Origin: Tubulanus polymorphus
Taxonomy: Eukaryota > Animalia > Nemertea
NCBI RefSeq assembly: GCF_964204645.1
Contig: NC_134034.1
Location: 10,552,962 to 10,616,961, forward strand
Reading direction: 5' to 3'
Length of the DNA: 64,000 nt
Below are positions 23,901 to 36,257 of the stretch, one piece after another. The translations under genes were made by a program, and so were the position numbers. Numbering within the stretch: position 1 is the first letter of the stretch; every line of letters starts with the position of its first letter. The notes under the pieces are model-generated. The model saw only the letters and a program-made list of their open reading frames with translations, did not search any database and was not told where the DNA came from.

Positions 23901-26900
23901 ACGTTGAAATAAACTACTATCTCGAAGTTTCATTTTCGGACTTTTTATTATCATTGTGGGATTCTCTCCTCATCGCGTCAACACGGATATAGTGTTCTAC
24001 CAATCGTGAGTTGATCGAAATAGCACTGACCACAAGGGTGAGTATAGGAAGCAGCACTGACCTGCACTGGGCCTATTTTCATACACAACTGTCGCAAACT
24101 CGCCGAATTTGTCGTTGATGACAGATTCTCGATGGAAACCATTCGTAGACTCGGTTTCAAAACCTGACGACCCCCGGCAGCCTGACCCAGCACCACCTGG
24201 TGGAGAAAATATTGAAAGAGATCGTAAGAACAACTATCTGATGAATTATCCCGATTTACGTAAATATCTAAATCATGAAAATTGGATACAATTATCTTAC
24301 AATTATGAGTTTTAACCAAAAATACTGAAGACCTAATTTGCATAATTAATGCAAATCAGTACTGATAATTTGCAGACAACTTTCATGAAGATTTTTGTAG
24401 AATTTGAGCCTACACTAGGATACTATAGTCCTTATTTGCATAATCTATGCAAATAGTCAAATAAATTTCAACTAATTAGCATAATTAATGCATGTATTCA
24501 AATCAGCTGTGAACACGTACCCGGTTAGAATGAGTGAGATTCGTGCGTCCTCTTCCCATCGTCACCAATCGTTGAACTTGTTGTAAACCTTCTACAAACA
24601 ATAAGCAAATACGAATACATTCATAATAATGCGTTTATTTACAGTGAACTAATTAAGAGCGGCCACTTTAATTTCAGTTGCTTTCTTTTGACTATTCCCC
24701 GCCATGCGCATTGTTTTCCCTGACTTGATCTGCTAAGGATCCGATCAATTAACTGTTTGTTTTTACGTGCGATCCATAGCTATCTCAACAAAGTTCCTGT
24801 TCTCCTGGGCTGGGTTTCATAGATGTGGAAGGAAAATAGTCCCTGGGAACATTTTGAAATTTGTCTGTTATAACCATGGTTTCTCATTGTTACTATGGTG
24901 GTTGTCACCCAGATTGAGGATTTACCCCTAGGGATAAAATTCCCCGACTTTCTTAAGGAAAAGAAAATTCCCCGACTTTTCCCCGATTTCCAGGTAAGTG
25001 GCCGCCCTGTAACCCTTCATTTCACCTACCAGCGCCATCTGGTGTCAGTTCGGCTGCGTCGAGCAGCAGTTGATTGTTGATGAATTGTTTTTGTTTTTGC
25101 CGACGAGCGCGCGCTAAAATCGGCGCCGGTTCATCGTTCGTTTGATTGACGGGTTGCGGCGCGCGTACGACTCCGCCCCCTCGCAGCTGCCTACGTGATT
25201 TGCCTCCCCGCGCCGACGCCGCGACCGAGATCGTCGACGTTTGCTGCGACCCGTTGCCTGGCAGCTGCATTTGATGCGACCCTACACCGGCAGACGTTGC
25301 CGCCGCCGATTTCGGCCGCAGCTTATACAAGCGTCCGTTTTTCAAACGCACCAGTTTCGTCGACGCGCGTTGCTGACCTTGACCTTGTTGGATATTCGGC
25401 CGAGCCGCTAAAACAGTCGGTATCGTCTGCCGTGCGTCGTCTGGGTAACTATCGACAGCGGCGGCTGCGCTCTCCTGATTTTGCACGATTACTAGGTTAT
25501 TGCTCGGCGCCAGTGAGCGTTGTTTCGCCGTTTTGGCGCCACCACCGCGACCCCCACCACCGGGTGGATGATGCGCTCGTTGAGAAATAGGCGGAGCCAC
25601 CGTTTCTATCTTGGCCGATTGTTGAGGTTGCCGTGATGACGACGACGGAAGAGGATGCGGTGCTTCAGCTGAAATGATAAACATACGGCATTGTTTTAGT
25701 ATCATCCGATCATTTTTTTGACTCAGTCGGTTTATTTGGGGAGGGGTATTATCAGAGTCAGAGAGTGGGGCTATTGTCAGACAGGGTGGCCAGTTTTATT
25801 TGACATGCTATTCCCCAAACTATTCCCTGACATGCAAGCAGTTTTCCCTGACTTGATCTGCTAAGAATTCAATCAATTAAAACGATCAAATACGTAAGAC
25901 ATAGACGAAAACTTTTAACTAATTTTATCTAGATAGCTCAACATATTTCGCAGATTTTTTTAAAGCTTTTTTACTAAAGAGGATTCCCTGACTTTTTTTA
26001 TGAAAAAAAAATTCTGCGACTTTTCCCTGATTTCCAAGTCAGGGCTTTCGTTTTAGATACGAGAGGTCTATTGAGGGTCTATCTGCTTACCGACTGCCGC
26101 TGCAGCTGCTGCTGATAATCCAGCTTCTTTCATCCTCTCCCCCGCTTGCTGGGCTCGTCGTTGTTCTTTTTTGCGTTTGATCTCTTCTCGCAGTTGTTTC
26201 TGTTCCTCGAGTTTACGCTCGTACTCCGCGTCGACTAGCGCCATCTGTCAACGGATGGAAAAAATACAACCGAAATCAAAAAGAGCTAATCGTCGGCACA
26301 CCTGGATTCTCACCGACCCTCGACCAAAAATTCCCCGATCGATATTATAAGATATCCTCAGTGGGAGATGTTTCTTATCAAGAGAGAGGTTCCTCGGGAA
26401 TTCAAATTTACAGACGTTTCCTGATTTTCAAGAAATGAGTCAGAATTCCCTGAACAGGAAGAAAACACGAATCTTGGAATTCCCAGTGTAAGTCCAAGAG
26501 TGGTCTTAAATCTAGTAGTATAAAGAACTGAGAGGCTATGACCACGCACATGGATCGACCGCTGAGTGAGTTTGAACTTACGTTGTCCGAAGATGACGCC
26601 AACATCGGCTTTTTACTCGGAGAAGTTTCCGTGGCCAGATTTTCGCCGGAGGAACGTTTCAGGGGTCGACTGAGCTGCGATGATGTCATCCTGCGTACGA
26701 ATATAAATCAAACACGACGATTAGAAATGAAATTCAACACGGCCTAAACATCGCCGAAATTGATCTATGGACTCTTCCAGAAAATGTCTACCTTCATAAT
26801 TCCCCATATGACATCATCAACTTGCCTACTAGTATTAGACACCTAAAAACTCCATAAATCCCCCTATGACATCATTATTATACAAATTATCTACTACCGA

Positions 26901-29900
26901 TTTGACATCACCAATTTGTCTATTAGACACTCTAGAAATGATGTCTGGCTTCACAAATCCCCCTATGACATCATCAAATTATCTACTACCGATTTGACAT
27001 CACCAATTTGTCTATTAGACACTCTAGAAATGATGTCTGGCTTCACAAATCCCCCTTTGACATCATCAAATTACATACGACTGATTTGATCAATAGACAC
27101 TTCTAGAAAAGATGACAGCTTCTATAAATCCCCCTATGACATCACGTTGATTATATTGCGACTTACTGCGATGGCTGCGTTGTACGTCCTATAACTGTTT
27201 GTATCGTTTGTTGCGGTTCAGTGTTTGTCTGAAACATCGAATATATCGTTGATGAAAAAATGACTGTGTCAAACTGTCTCTAACTCTGAATACTAATTAA
27301 CTACTTGTTTGAGAGAAAAAGTAGTCAGTCCAAAAAACATCCCTCGAAAATTGCAGCCATGGTTGACACAGTTACATGAATTCTAAATTCCCAAGTTACC
27401 CCCCAGCCCCGCACGCCCCCCTGCATATTTCATGCGTGTCTTCAATTTCTCCCCCAATTCGAAATTAGGCGTTTGCAAAAATTAACAGATATCATCATAC
27501 TACAGGAACATCAACACTTTGACAGATGACTGGTTGCAACATTGATTTTAAAAAGAAATTATCAAAGAAAGCAGCTGCCCTTGAGAGCAACTGATTTACA
27601 TCCCAGAACTATGCCACCCCGAATTAGAATAAAATCTATCAAATTCCCAAACATTTCCAAACAACGGTATATTTACGAGTTTTTCCCCGACGTGTGATGT
27701 ATGTAATACCTGATTTTGACCGGTTTCCGACTGCCGGTCGACGACCGCGTGCGACGTCTGCGAAAATTGACCCATTTTTAAAGCTTTCACGTCTGCCATT
27801 ATGAAATGCGTCTGCTCCTCGCCGCCTAAACGATGTTCGATCACCATTATCTCCGTTTTCACTGGACTTTTTGGCTTTTGTTGTTTTTGTTGCTGCTGCT
27901 TGGCGGCGCCACCGATCCCGAGTCGCTGATGTACCGGTCGACGTTTCGTAGGTGGCGCTGATTGTTGTTGTTGTCCGGCGACGGGTTGTCGGTTTGGCGA
28001 TTGGCGTTCAGATGACGCCAGCAATGGTCGAATAGTACCGCCGCCGCGATTAATACCGCCACCTCGATGGCGCGCTGGTGGTGCGTGCTGCGGTCGAATC
28101 GGGCGCGTGCCGTGTTGGTGAAACGGTCGATCTTGTGGCGCATGCGGATTGTGGTGAATATTCGACGGACGGACACCGTGTCGAATGGTGGGCACCGCTT
28201 GGCGCGGTGGCTGCTGCTGCTGCACCAACAGCGGTCGGATGTTACCATCATCGCGAGGGGCGCGATGCTGATGCTGCTGCTGATGCGGAGGATTCAGCTG
28301 CTGTTGCTGCTGCTGTAAATGGGGATGCAGATCGTTGTATTGCCCTGTGATGGATGGCCCGAGTTGAGGGCTGTTCGTAGCCGGTTGCTGTAGGACGTGG
28401 TGGTGATGATGATGGTGATGCGGATTCATGAGATGCCCTGAAAAATTTTCATCGAAATTAATAAACATTTATCAATCAAGAATTTAACGATACAATCGAA
28501 TCAATTAACAACTTGATTTACGAGAGGAGCTTGCGCTGCGGTGCAGCAAGTGGAATCCTTGACTGCCGCAGTTGACTACAGAGTCCTCATTGATACAGGG
28601 TTCTAGATCAGGGAATCGATAATTCCATGACCCGAAACCAAACATTCCCTGATTGAATTACCGGGATATCCTAGTTGTTATCAATTATTAAGATATCCTC
28701 ATTGAGGGCTGTTTCTTATCAAGAGGTTCCTAGTGGCACTCGTCACCAGCAAGAACAACAAGACACCAAAAATTAAATTTCCCCGACTTGAGAATTCCCG
28801 GATTTTTCTCCCATATATAAGAACCCTAGTAATAATAGGAACTAATTGTAGCTACACAAGCACTGGACTGTTAAAACTTACCACCAGGTGGCGGGTCTCG
28901 TCTGGGAAAGTCGAATCGTTGCTGTTGATTGACAGGTGGAGGGTGTGGCCTGACTTGATGTAAGGATGGTATGGCTGTATGGGCGTGAGTACACGGCGGA
29001 GCACCTTAAACAATAGAACGAATGAAACAGGTGAATACCAGCAGCCAGAGTCGGGTCCAGGAAATAGAGCCAGGTCCGGGAATAAAAAGGAACTTGGGTC
29101 CAGTTGCAAAGTCGTGACTTCTGTGTCCAAAGCAGTCTTAAACCCTAAAACTTGTCTTCATCTGATAGATTGACTATAGAACTAAGATGGTCTTACACTC
29201 GTTGGTTAAAGAACTGAAATAACCCGGTCTTAAGAATGGTCCGAAGTTACTAGATTAGCTATAGACCCAAAATGGTCTTGAATTTCTAGATATGGTAAAG
29301 AACTTACCGAAAGACTAACCTTGAGTTGTTAGATTGGCTATAGGCCAAAAATGAGTTTAGACTGGTCTTAAGTTGTAAGATTGGTTATAGAACCAATGTG
29401 CTAAGACTGGTCTTAAGTTGTTAGATTGGCTATAGGCCAAAAATGAGTTTAAACTGGTCTTAAGTTGATAACTTGGTTATAAAACCAAAATGAGTTTAGA
29501 CTGGTCTTCAGTTGTTAGATTACCTATAGAACTAAGATAGTTCCACACCGGTTTTGAATTTAAGCCATGACTGTGCAACTGACCGCTGCAGCAATAACGA
29601 TGAAACAAATATACGGACACAGAGATGATCGAATGAAGTGACAGTGAATGAGAACGACACGAACCCTCGTCACACGCAGTTACATTTCAACTAGTTCTTG
29701 AACAAATATTCAACGGTTCCGCAGTCCGAGATAGATTCGAAATTCAATTTTATTTCCGATATTTTAACCGTAGATTTTCAACGAACTGCCGAACTGGTTC
29801 CGCAGTTCACGGCAAAGATTTCACTCTAAGTTCTACATACGGAGTTGAAAACGAATCTCAAATCTATAGTAGAATATTAGTCGAAAACTACTGCACCGGA

Positions 29901-32900
29901 TTCAGTACGTCGTGGAACCGCGAGGGTCGTGCCGGGCGTTCTCAGAAGCAGTGCTCTAACTACAGTAGAACTTACTTCCCAATAACAGAACGGGAGGGGA
30001 ATGTACGACTAAGAAAGAGAGAGAAAATATATCGATAATGCGTAAATTCGATATCTACGTAAATAGTTGTAAGCTAGGGATAACCAGGGTTCCTACAAAT
30101 CAGTCATTCCAGAATTCAAGGAGAAAATTTCAACGGAATGTTTCACGGAATGTTTGCATCACTTTCATATATCAATTACTGTCAACTCCTACTAATATCA
30201 GGACTGTTTTTCTCAGTAAACCATTTAATTCAGGGGAATCTGTGTATAAATACTCGGCCTAGAGCCAAAAAATTGCCAATTTCTCAAAATTCAAGGAGTT
30301 TTCAAGGACTTTTCGGCACTTTGCTCAAATTCAAGGATATTCAAGGACCTTGAAAAACATTGTTCCTTTAGAAGGAGTTTTCAAGGAATCAAGGAGTTGT
30401 AGGACCCCTGAACACTTTCACGGAGATGTATCGAGATTTACGGATGAAATATTCGATTCTGACTGACCTGTATACTGGGGCGGGGGGATGAACGGTCCGT
30501 TGTGAGGTGGCCACGAAGAACTCGGATTAGGCTGAAATGAAATAGAGCGTGCAGAAACTACGATCGAAACTAAAATCCAAAGCTCGAAATTTTTCAACAA
30601 ATTCAGCCGCAAAATTCGATTATGAAATTGAATGGCGTAAATAGAAAATTGCAGAAATATAAAGATGGCTTCCCGTCTACTAAATGCACATTATTGTATA
30701 TTAAGAAGATGGCTGCCGAATTCAAATTACAATTCATACCACAAAGAAGGCTGCCAGTCAGCAAAACGCACATTTTAGTATACAAAGATGGCTGGCAGTC
30801 AGCCAAACACATATTTTAGTATACAAAGATGGCTGCCAGTCAGCCAAATGCACATTTAAGTATATGAAGATGGCTGCCAGTCAGCCAAACACACATTTAA
30901 GTATATAAAGATAAAGATAGCTGTCAGTCAGCCAAATGCACATTTTAGTATAAAAAAATGGCTGTCAGTCAGCCAAACGCACATTTTGATATTCAAAGAT
31001 GGCAGTCAGTCAGCCAAATATTCATTGTAGTAAATAAAGATGGTTGCCAGTTTGGTATATATACAAAGGAAGCCAAATACTCATTGTAGTATTATAAAGA
31101 TGGCTTCCAGTCGCGATTTTAAATATTCCAGAAAAATTCAAAAATGCTGGTACTTACTCGCTGATTTGAAGGCTGGAATTCTCCATGGGGAGGTGGTTGA
31201 CCTTGTCTCATATGGGGCGCCAATTGTTGCCGGAATCCACCGGGGCCAGCGTTATCCCACGGCACACCGCTGGCAGACTGTCCGGATGGTTGAGAGTTCG
31301 AGCCACGGAAATGAGGGTTGATCAGAATCTTTCGCGACGCCGGTGGCGGAACTGAAATATAAATATATATATATATATATATATAATTTCATATTTGATA
31401 ACAATCTTGGACTGATATTCGTTGGAATTTATACCATAACTGTAGATGAGAAGAAACCTTGACATATTAGACATTAAACTTCTATTTACTAAAACAGGTA
31501 CTCATCTATAGCCTGGACCCTCCAACCCTTCAGATATTTGATAATCTATCACCATTCTTCCAATTTTTGATTTTCCACACTTCACATGTGTTCAGAACTT
31601 CACCTGAGACATTTTCAATTGAAAATGAACTACAAACACCAGACATTAGAAATTTTATCGGTACACTTTCAAAAACTGATCGTCCAAACCACAAATACAA
31701 AGTCTGAAGAAGAGGTGTAGGACTAGGACAGGACAACTTTACGGGTGACACCAAACTAGGACAGGGTGACAGTAAATAGGACAGCGTGACTGTTAAGGGC
31801 GACAGTAAACTAGGACAGGGTGACTGTTAAGGGCGACAGTAAACTAGGACAGGGTGACTGTTAAGGGCGACAGTAAACTAGGACAGGGTGACTGTTAAGG
31901 ACGTCAGTAAATAGGACAGCGTGACTGTTAAGGACGACAGAAAACTAGGACAGGGTGACTGTTAAGGGCGACAGTTAATTAGGACAGGACGACTGTTAAG
32001 GTCAACTGTAAACTAGGAGAGGGCAACGTCTCACAAATTTCAGTACTTACATGTGTTTAAATGCTGTACGTTAGGACCGTGTGGAGCCGGTGACTGGGAA
32101 ACTTTAGTCAATAACAACGGCTGCGGAGCAGGTATCGCTTGCTGCTGCGGCAAATGATGATGCTGCTGATGATGAGGATGGCGAGGATGCTGCTGATGAG
32201 GATGTATCTGATGCTGCGTAGGCTGCATCTGATGCCTGTGCGGAGGAGGAAACATCTGCTGCTGCTGATGATGATGGTGCGGCGTTGGTGTGAACATCCG
32301 ATGCGGAACGGCATGCCCGATGGTCATAACGCGCTGCGGCGCCTGGTTCACCAATGCGCCACCGGGTGGCGCCGTGGCGTTATTATTATTTCGTTGTTGT
32401 TTGTTGCGGAAGTTTTTTCGCGGTCGTTTTCCCGACGTCATGAACGACTCGACCCGGGCCTGGTCCTCGGCGCTCAGCTCGGGCAGCGTGTCCGGGATAT
32501 CACCGCGACCACGCGTCGCATTCTTCAACGATATCACCGTACCCGACACGGCGCGCTCCGACGTAAAGCGCCCTCTACCCCCACGACCTCGCTCGTCGTC
32601 GTCGCTCTCGCTTTCCTCTTCGTCCGCCTGATCGATGACGGTGGCGCCACCATCTTCTAAATGCGGTAACTCGATCTACAAAATCACAAGATCAAATCGA
32701 TCGTTTTATTGAGGCTCATAACTATCTTACTTTGATGATGTCATAGGGGGATTTATAGACCAACTTGATGACGACATCAGGGGCTTTGATGATGTCATTG
32801 GGGGATTGGCAGACATCTTTTCTAGATGTACCAATACACCAACTTGCTGATGTCGTCGGGGGATTTATGGAGGCAGACATCTTTTCTGGAAGTTTTTATT

Positions 32901-35063
32901 GATTGTCTTGGTGATGTCATAGGGGGATTCATGGTAGAAGACATCTTTTCTAGATGTACCAATAGATCAATTTGATAGATTTGAAGGGGGCTTTATAGAT
33001 CAACTTGATGTCATAGGGGGATTTATGGCAGCAGACATCTTTTCTGGAAGTTTTTATTGATTGTCTTGGTGATGTCATAGGGGGATTTATGATAGAAGAC
33101 ATCTTTTCTAGATGTACCAATAGATCAATTTGATAGATTTGAAGGGGGCTTTATAAATCAACTTGATGTCATAGGGGGATTTATGGCAGCAGACATCTTT
33201 TCTGTAAGTTTTTATTGATTGTCTTGGTGATGTCATAGGGGGATTTATGGAGGCAGACATCTTTTCTGGAAGTTTTTATTGATTGTCTTGGTGATGTCAT
33301 GGGGGATCTATGGAGTCGGCCATTATAACCCACCTGATCTCGAGACTCGTTGCTGTAATCGTGTTGTTGATCGGCGTCGTCTGCCAGCTGCGACTGATCG
33401 TAAACGGCAGACGACATCGACGTGTCGTGCTGCGACGACGTCTGCGAATAAACCACGCCGCCGCCGCCGTCGTCTTGAGATAATTCCTCGTCCAATTCGA
33501 CCGGTTCGCTGATCTCGATCACATCTTCGTTTGAAAAAAAAAAAAAACGAAACCGTTTTAAAACTTTATTCATTAACATCTGCTCATTTCAAGGAAACAG
33601 GTTCAATTTTTAGGTGATACATCAGGCCTATGCATCATATTGAAGGTTTCAAGACCAAAAATGTTCAATCTCAGAATCCCCTCATTTCCGTAAGAAAATG
33701 CCCAGATTCCCTGCTGCAGGGAATTTGAATTTCTAAATTCCCTGATCTGTAAGAACCCTGATTTATGGTATTTCACAGATTTGAAATCGAGTTCTGGGCC
33801 CAGTTCTGAGGAAAGGTTTGATATTTCATACTCGCTGAAGCAGAATTGAAAATATCTGAAAACAAATACTACGGCCTTACAGCACTAACACCGCTTCAGT
33901 TTTCAGACCACATTTTTCGAAAATTCGATAGCCCGGGGCCAGTTAGTTGCAGTCATGACTTACGTCCAAAAGTGATCTTAAATCTTATGACTGGTCTCAA
34001 GTAGTTAGATTGGCTATAGAACTAAGTTGGTCTTAGTCTAATCTTAAGACTAAGCCTTGACTGTGCAACCGGCCCCTGATCGTTTCAGACGCAAAACTTA
34101 AGATATCAAGCCTTGAAAAAATTCATTTTACGTTGCTTATTTCTCCAGAATTTTCAGGACTACCGCGAGCCCCAATTAATTTTGAGGAAATTATACTTTA
34201 AAGGGTTGAATTCTTTTATATAAATGAAATAGCACCGACCTTCGGCGACATCAATAACTTCTAAAACATCTTCGGCATTCAGTTGATCTTCGGCGACCTC
34301 TTCAACGATCTCCTCTTCGTCGTAACCTAGCAACGCGTCCTCGTCGATATCGTCGGCGACGCCGCAATCCTGCGTGTAATCAGAGCGGGAACGATCAGGG
34401 CAATGGTTAATAGTTTACAGGGTGGCGCCACTTACTACAAATTTACAAATCCCCTCAGTTTTCACCGATATTTCAATGCGATTACACATTATTAACACCC
34501 CTAACCCCCCCCCCCCCCACAAGTGAATCAGAGAAATTTCTAGGTTTAATGGTACGATAACCACACTCAAACGTGGTGAACACATGATAAGATAAAAACC
34601 ATCGTCATCGTCATCATCACACCGGACGATGATCTCTATTGTGAGATCGAAACGTCGTGTTCTTATATTTTAGATTGTTTCAATAAATAAATTCTCGATT
34701 TTAGATTTCTTTTAATTTTTAAATAGTGGGTTTTTATCTTATCTTCTAGGTTTAAAATGTTACAGTTCATTTTCCATTAGATTCAATGATTGCTAAAGAA
34801 ACATGTGGTCAATATCGTTATCCAAATTTCCTAAATTTTCCAGGTGTTTTTTTTACAAAATTGGTCAAATTCGCTGATTTATTTCTAAATTTTTCTGATT
34901 CTCCGAGTTTTCCTGGTCATTGGCCACGTCCCCGAGTTATTTTTTGAGTTAATTTGAACCGTACCGTTTTAACGACGGGGAAGGCATGCACGGCGGTCAT
35001 GTCTCGAGTTAGAACATCTTCATCGCTATCCCACGACGCCTCCGACGGCCGCTTATTCGACAT
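20907..35063 (-). CDS. RBM33: RNA-binding protein 33 (acidic N-terminus, Pro/Gln/His-rich middle, coiled coil, C-terminal RRM), 16 exons, about 1153 aa
   Basis: complement(join(20907..20955,22038..22126,24062..24196,24521..24591,25030..25668,26091..26244,26582..26690,27167..27228,27710..28437,28882..29004,30468..30531,31158..31351,32051..32675,33334..33524,34240..34369,34965..35063)) = 3462 nt, in frame. Motifs resembling vertebrate RBM33 as recalled: GRFTSER..GTVISL..IPDTLPELSAE, ILINPHFRG, YERKLEEQKQLREEI..KEQRRAQQAG, VSIENLSSTT..IGPVQ, RKMVDLSHIHVELV*. The symmetric exon 28882..29004 is the least certain. Confidence 0.9.
21087..21264. mobile_element. Miniature Penelope-type insertion: 37-nt tail, 47-bp inverted arms, central hammerhead core
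   Basis: TSD (a)gttcatgatttg at 21074-21086 and 21264-21276; arms 21124-21170 and 21218-21264 (1 mismatch); centre cac CCGATGA a GCTTCTA ttcat TAGAAGC GAAAG CTC gtg. Confidence 0.75.
21741..22021 (-). mobile_element. piggyBac-type MITE, reverse orientation
   Basis: TTAA|ccctttcagtgcttactaatc...cgctgaaaggg|taaa; reverse complement of the 11196 copy. Confidence 0.8.
22461..22507 (-). ncRNA. Minimal hammerhead ribozyme motif in the PLE 3' pseudo-LTR
   Basis: Reverse strand reads ttattc CTGAAGA t GACTAT taggat ATAGTC GAAAC GTT gaaataa; canonical CUGANGA/GAAA core. Confidence 0.7.
23866..23912 (+). ncRNA. Minimal hammerhead ribozyme motif in the inverted pseudo-LTR
   Basis: ttattc CTGAAGA t GACTAT taggat ATAGTC GAAAC GTT gaaataa. 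Confidence 0.7.
26300..26485. repeat. Dispersed repeat (ataagatatcctca...tttcttatcaagag...gttcct)
   Basis: Related copies at about 28600-28810 and 61375-61630 (inverted). Confidence 0.6.
30660..31110. repeat. About 41-bp minisatellite with AAGATGGC(T)GCC core, about 10 copies
   Basis: aaagatggctgccagtcagccaaacgcacattttagtatac repeated within an RBM33 intron. Confidence 0.85.
31755..32022. repeat. About 34-bp minisatellite
   Basis: actaggacagggtgactgttaagggcgacagtaa, about 8 copies. Confidence 0.9.
34550..34743. mobile_element. Miniature Penelope-type insertion: 36-nt tail, 15-bp inverted arms, hammerhead-like core
   Basis: TSD ttctaggtttaa at 34538-34549 and 34744-34755; arms gataagataaaaacc / ggtttttatcttatc; core acac CGGACGA t GATCTC tattgt GAGATC GAAAC GTC gtgt (34619-34660). 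Confidence 0.7.
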
Positions 35064-36257
35064 TTTCTGCTGTCGGAAAATAAGAGTCAGAGAATAAACA
35101 TCGGTCATTCCTAGATAAAAGGAGGTTTAAAGGAGAAAATTTCAAATTTCTTGGAAGCGTCTGCATCACTCTCATATCCCAATTACTGTAGGCTCCTCCT
35201 ATATCCGGACTGTTTATCTCGGTAAACCGGTAATTCTGTGGTTTTATAAGCGCATTTTTAGCCTTTACGCTGCTAAACTTGGTTCTTAATTCGATAACCG
35301 CCTAATTGGATGAAAAAAGATTAAAGCGCACTTTAGCCCTAGACGTTGTTTGGGGAACAATGGCTGGTAGGCCTACTACTCAAGTTACAGTGCTTTGTTA
35401 AACTTGATTCATTAGAAAAATTGGAGTGTCTTTTCCCTAGATTCGATAGATTTTCGTCCCAAACAAAAGGGGAACCTGTGCATACAAATTATAGTCCGGA
35501 CTGGTATTCATTGTAATTCAGACTACACGTACACTTCTACTACGCTGGCTCTCGCTTGCTTCGCTTGCACATTTTTGTGTTGAGAGGGTAGGAATCGGAT
35601 GGCATAAGGTATTTTATGAAGTAAGCTACAGGTTTAAAATCAAACACTAGGGAAATAAAGGAGTGCCCAAACAAAAGGTCAATCGTTAGCCTAAAAATTG
35701 TCGTAATAAAATATAATTGAATTGATTGAATTGTTTTAACTTGTTGATCGATTGTTTAGCCGGTGTTTTAGACGCAGTTAAAGCTGAAACGAATCAAATT
35801 TCAAATTCGACAAATTACGACACGTAAAAACTAACTTCTAATATGAGAACTCAATTAATCCACGTTTTCGGTCATAATTCGAGAAAAAAATCAGATTTAT
35901 TTTTCTTTTTTCTATAGTATAACGGTGGCGATTAATTTATGATTCCGAGAATCAGATTGACGGCTTGGCCTAATGGTCGGACGGTGGATGTGGATTTTGG
36001 ACTCTGAATACGGACCGCCTGGTAGATCGGGATGAAGAATCAAACGGCGGTTATGAGACTCAGAATGGAACAAAGCTTGACAAGGAAAATCATAGTTTTT
36101 TATGATCAGTGATATATGATACGTGATAAGATTGATTCTAAGCGACGGATGCCTCGTCACAGCCAATGATCATACGCGTTCCGTCTGGTGCACTTCCTTC
36201 TGAAAGGACTAGAATCTCTAGTCCTTGAGGCGCTAACATTTATTTTTCGAAAAAAAG

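Larger units (their letters stand above)
22402..24008 (-). mobile_element. 5'-truncated Penelope-like retroelement (RT C-terminus and GIY-YIG endonuclease) with inverted pseudo-LTR, in an RBM33 intron
   Basis: ORF 22816..23847(-) has WLRYVDD (RT), IPFLDV, VYRKPT and CGIYKIPCKVCDKVYIGETGR..RIKEH (GIY-YIG). 160-bp inverted arms at 22402-22561 and 23812-23971, with no mismatch seen; 37-nt tail 23972-24008; 11-bp TSD agttgatcgaa at 22391-22401 and 24009-24019. Confidence 0.95.

Noticed and set aside
27859-32660. Alternative-frame and antisense ORFs over Gln/His-rich RBM33 exons
   Set aside because: Shadows of GC-rich low-complexity coding exons.
33520-33545. Apparent non-canonical AA acceptor (ttttcaa|acgaag) in RBM33
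   Set aside because: An in-frame canonical AG lies 6 nt downstream (exon start 33524).
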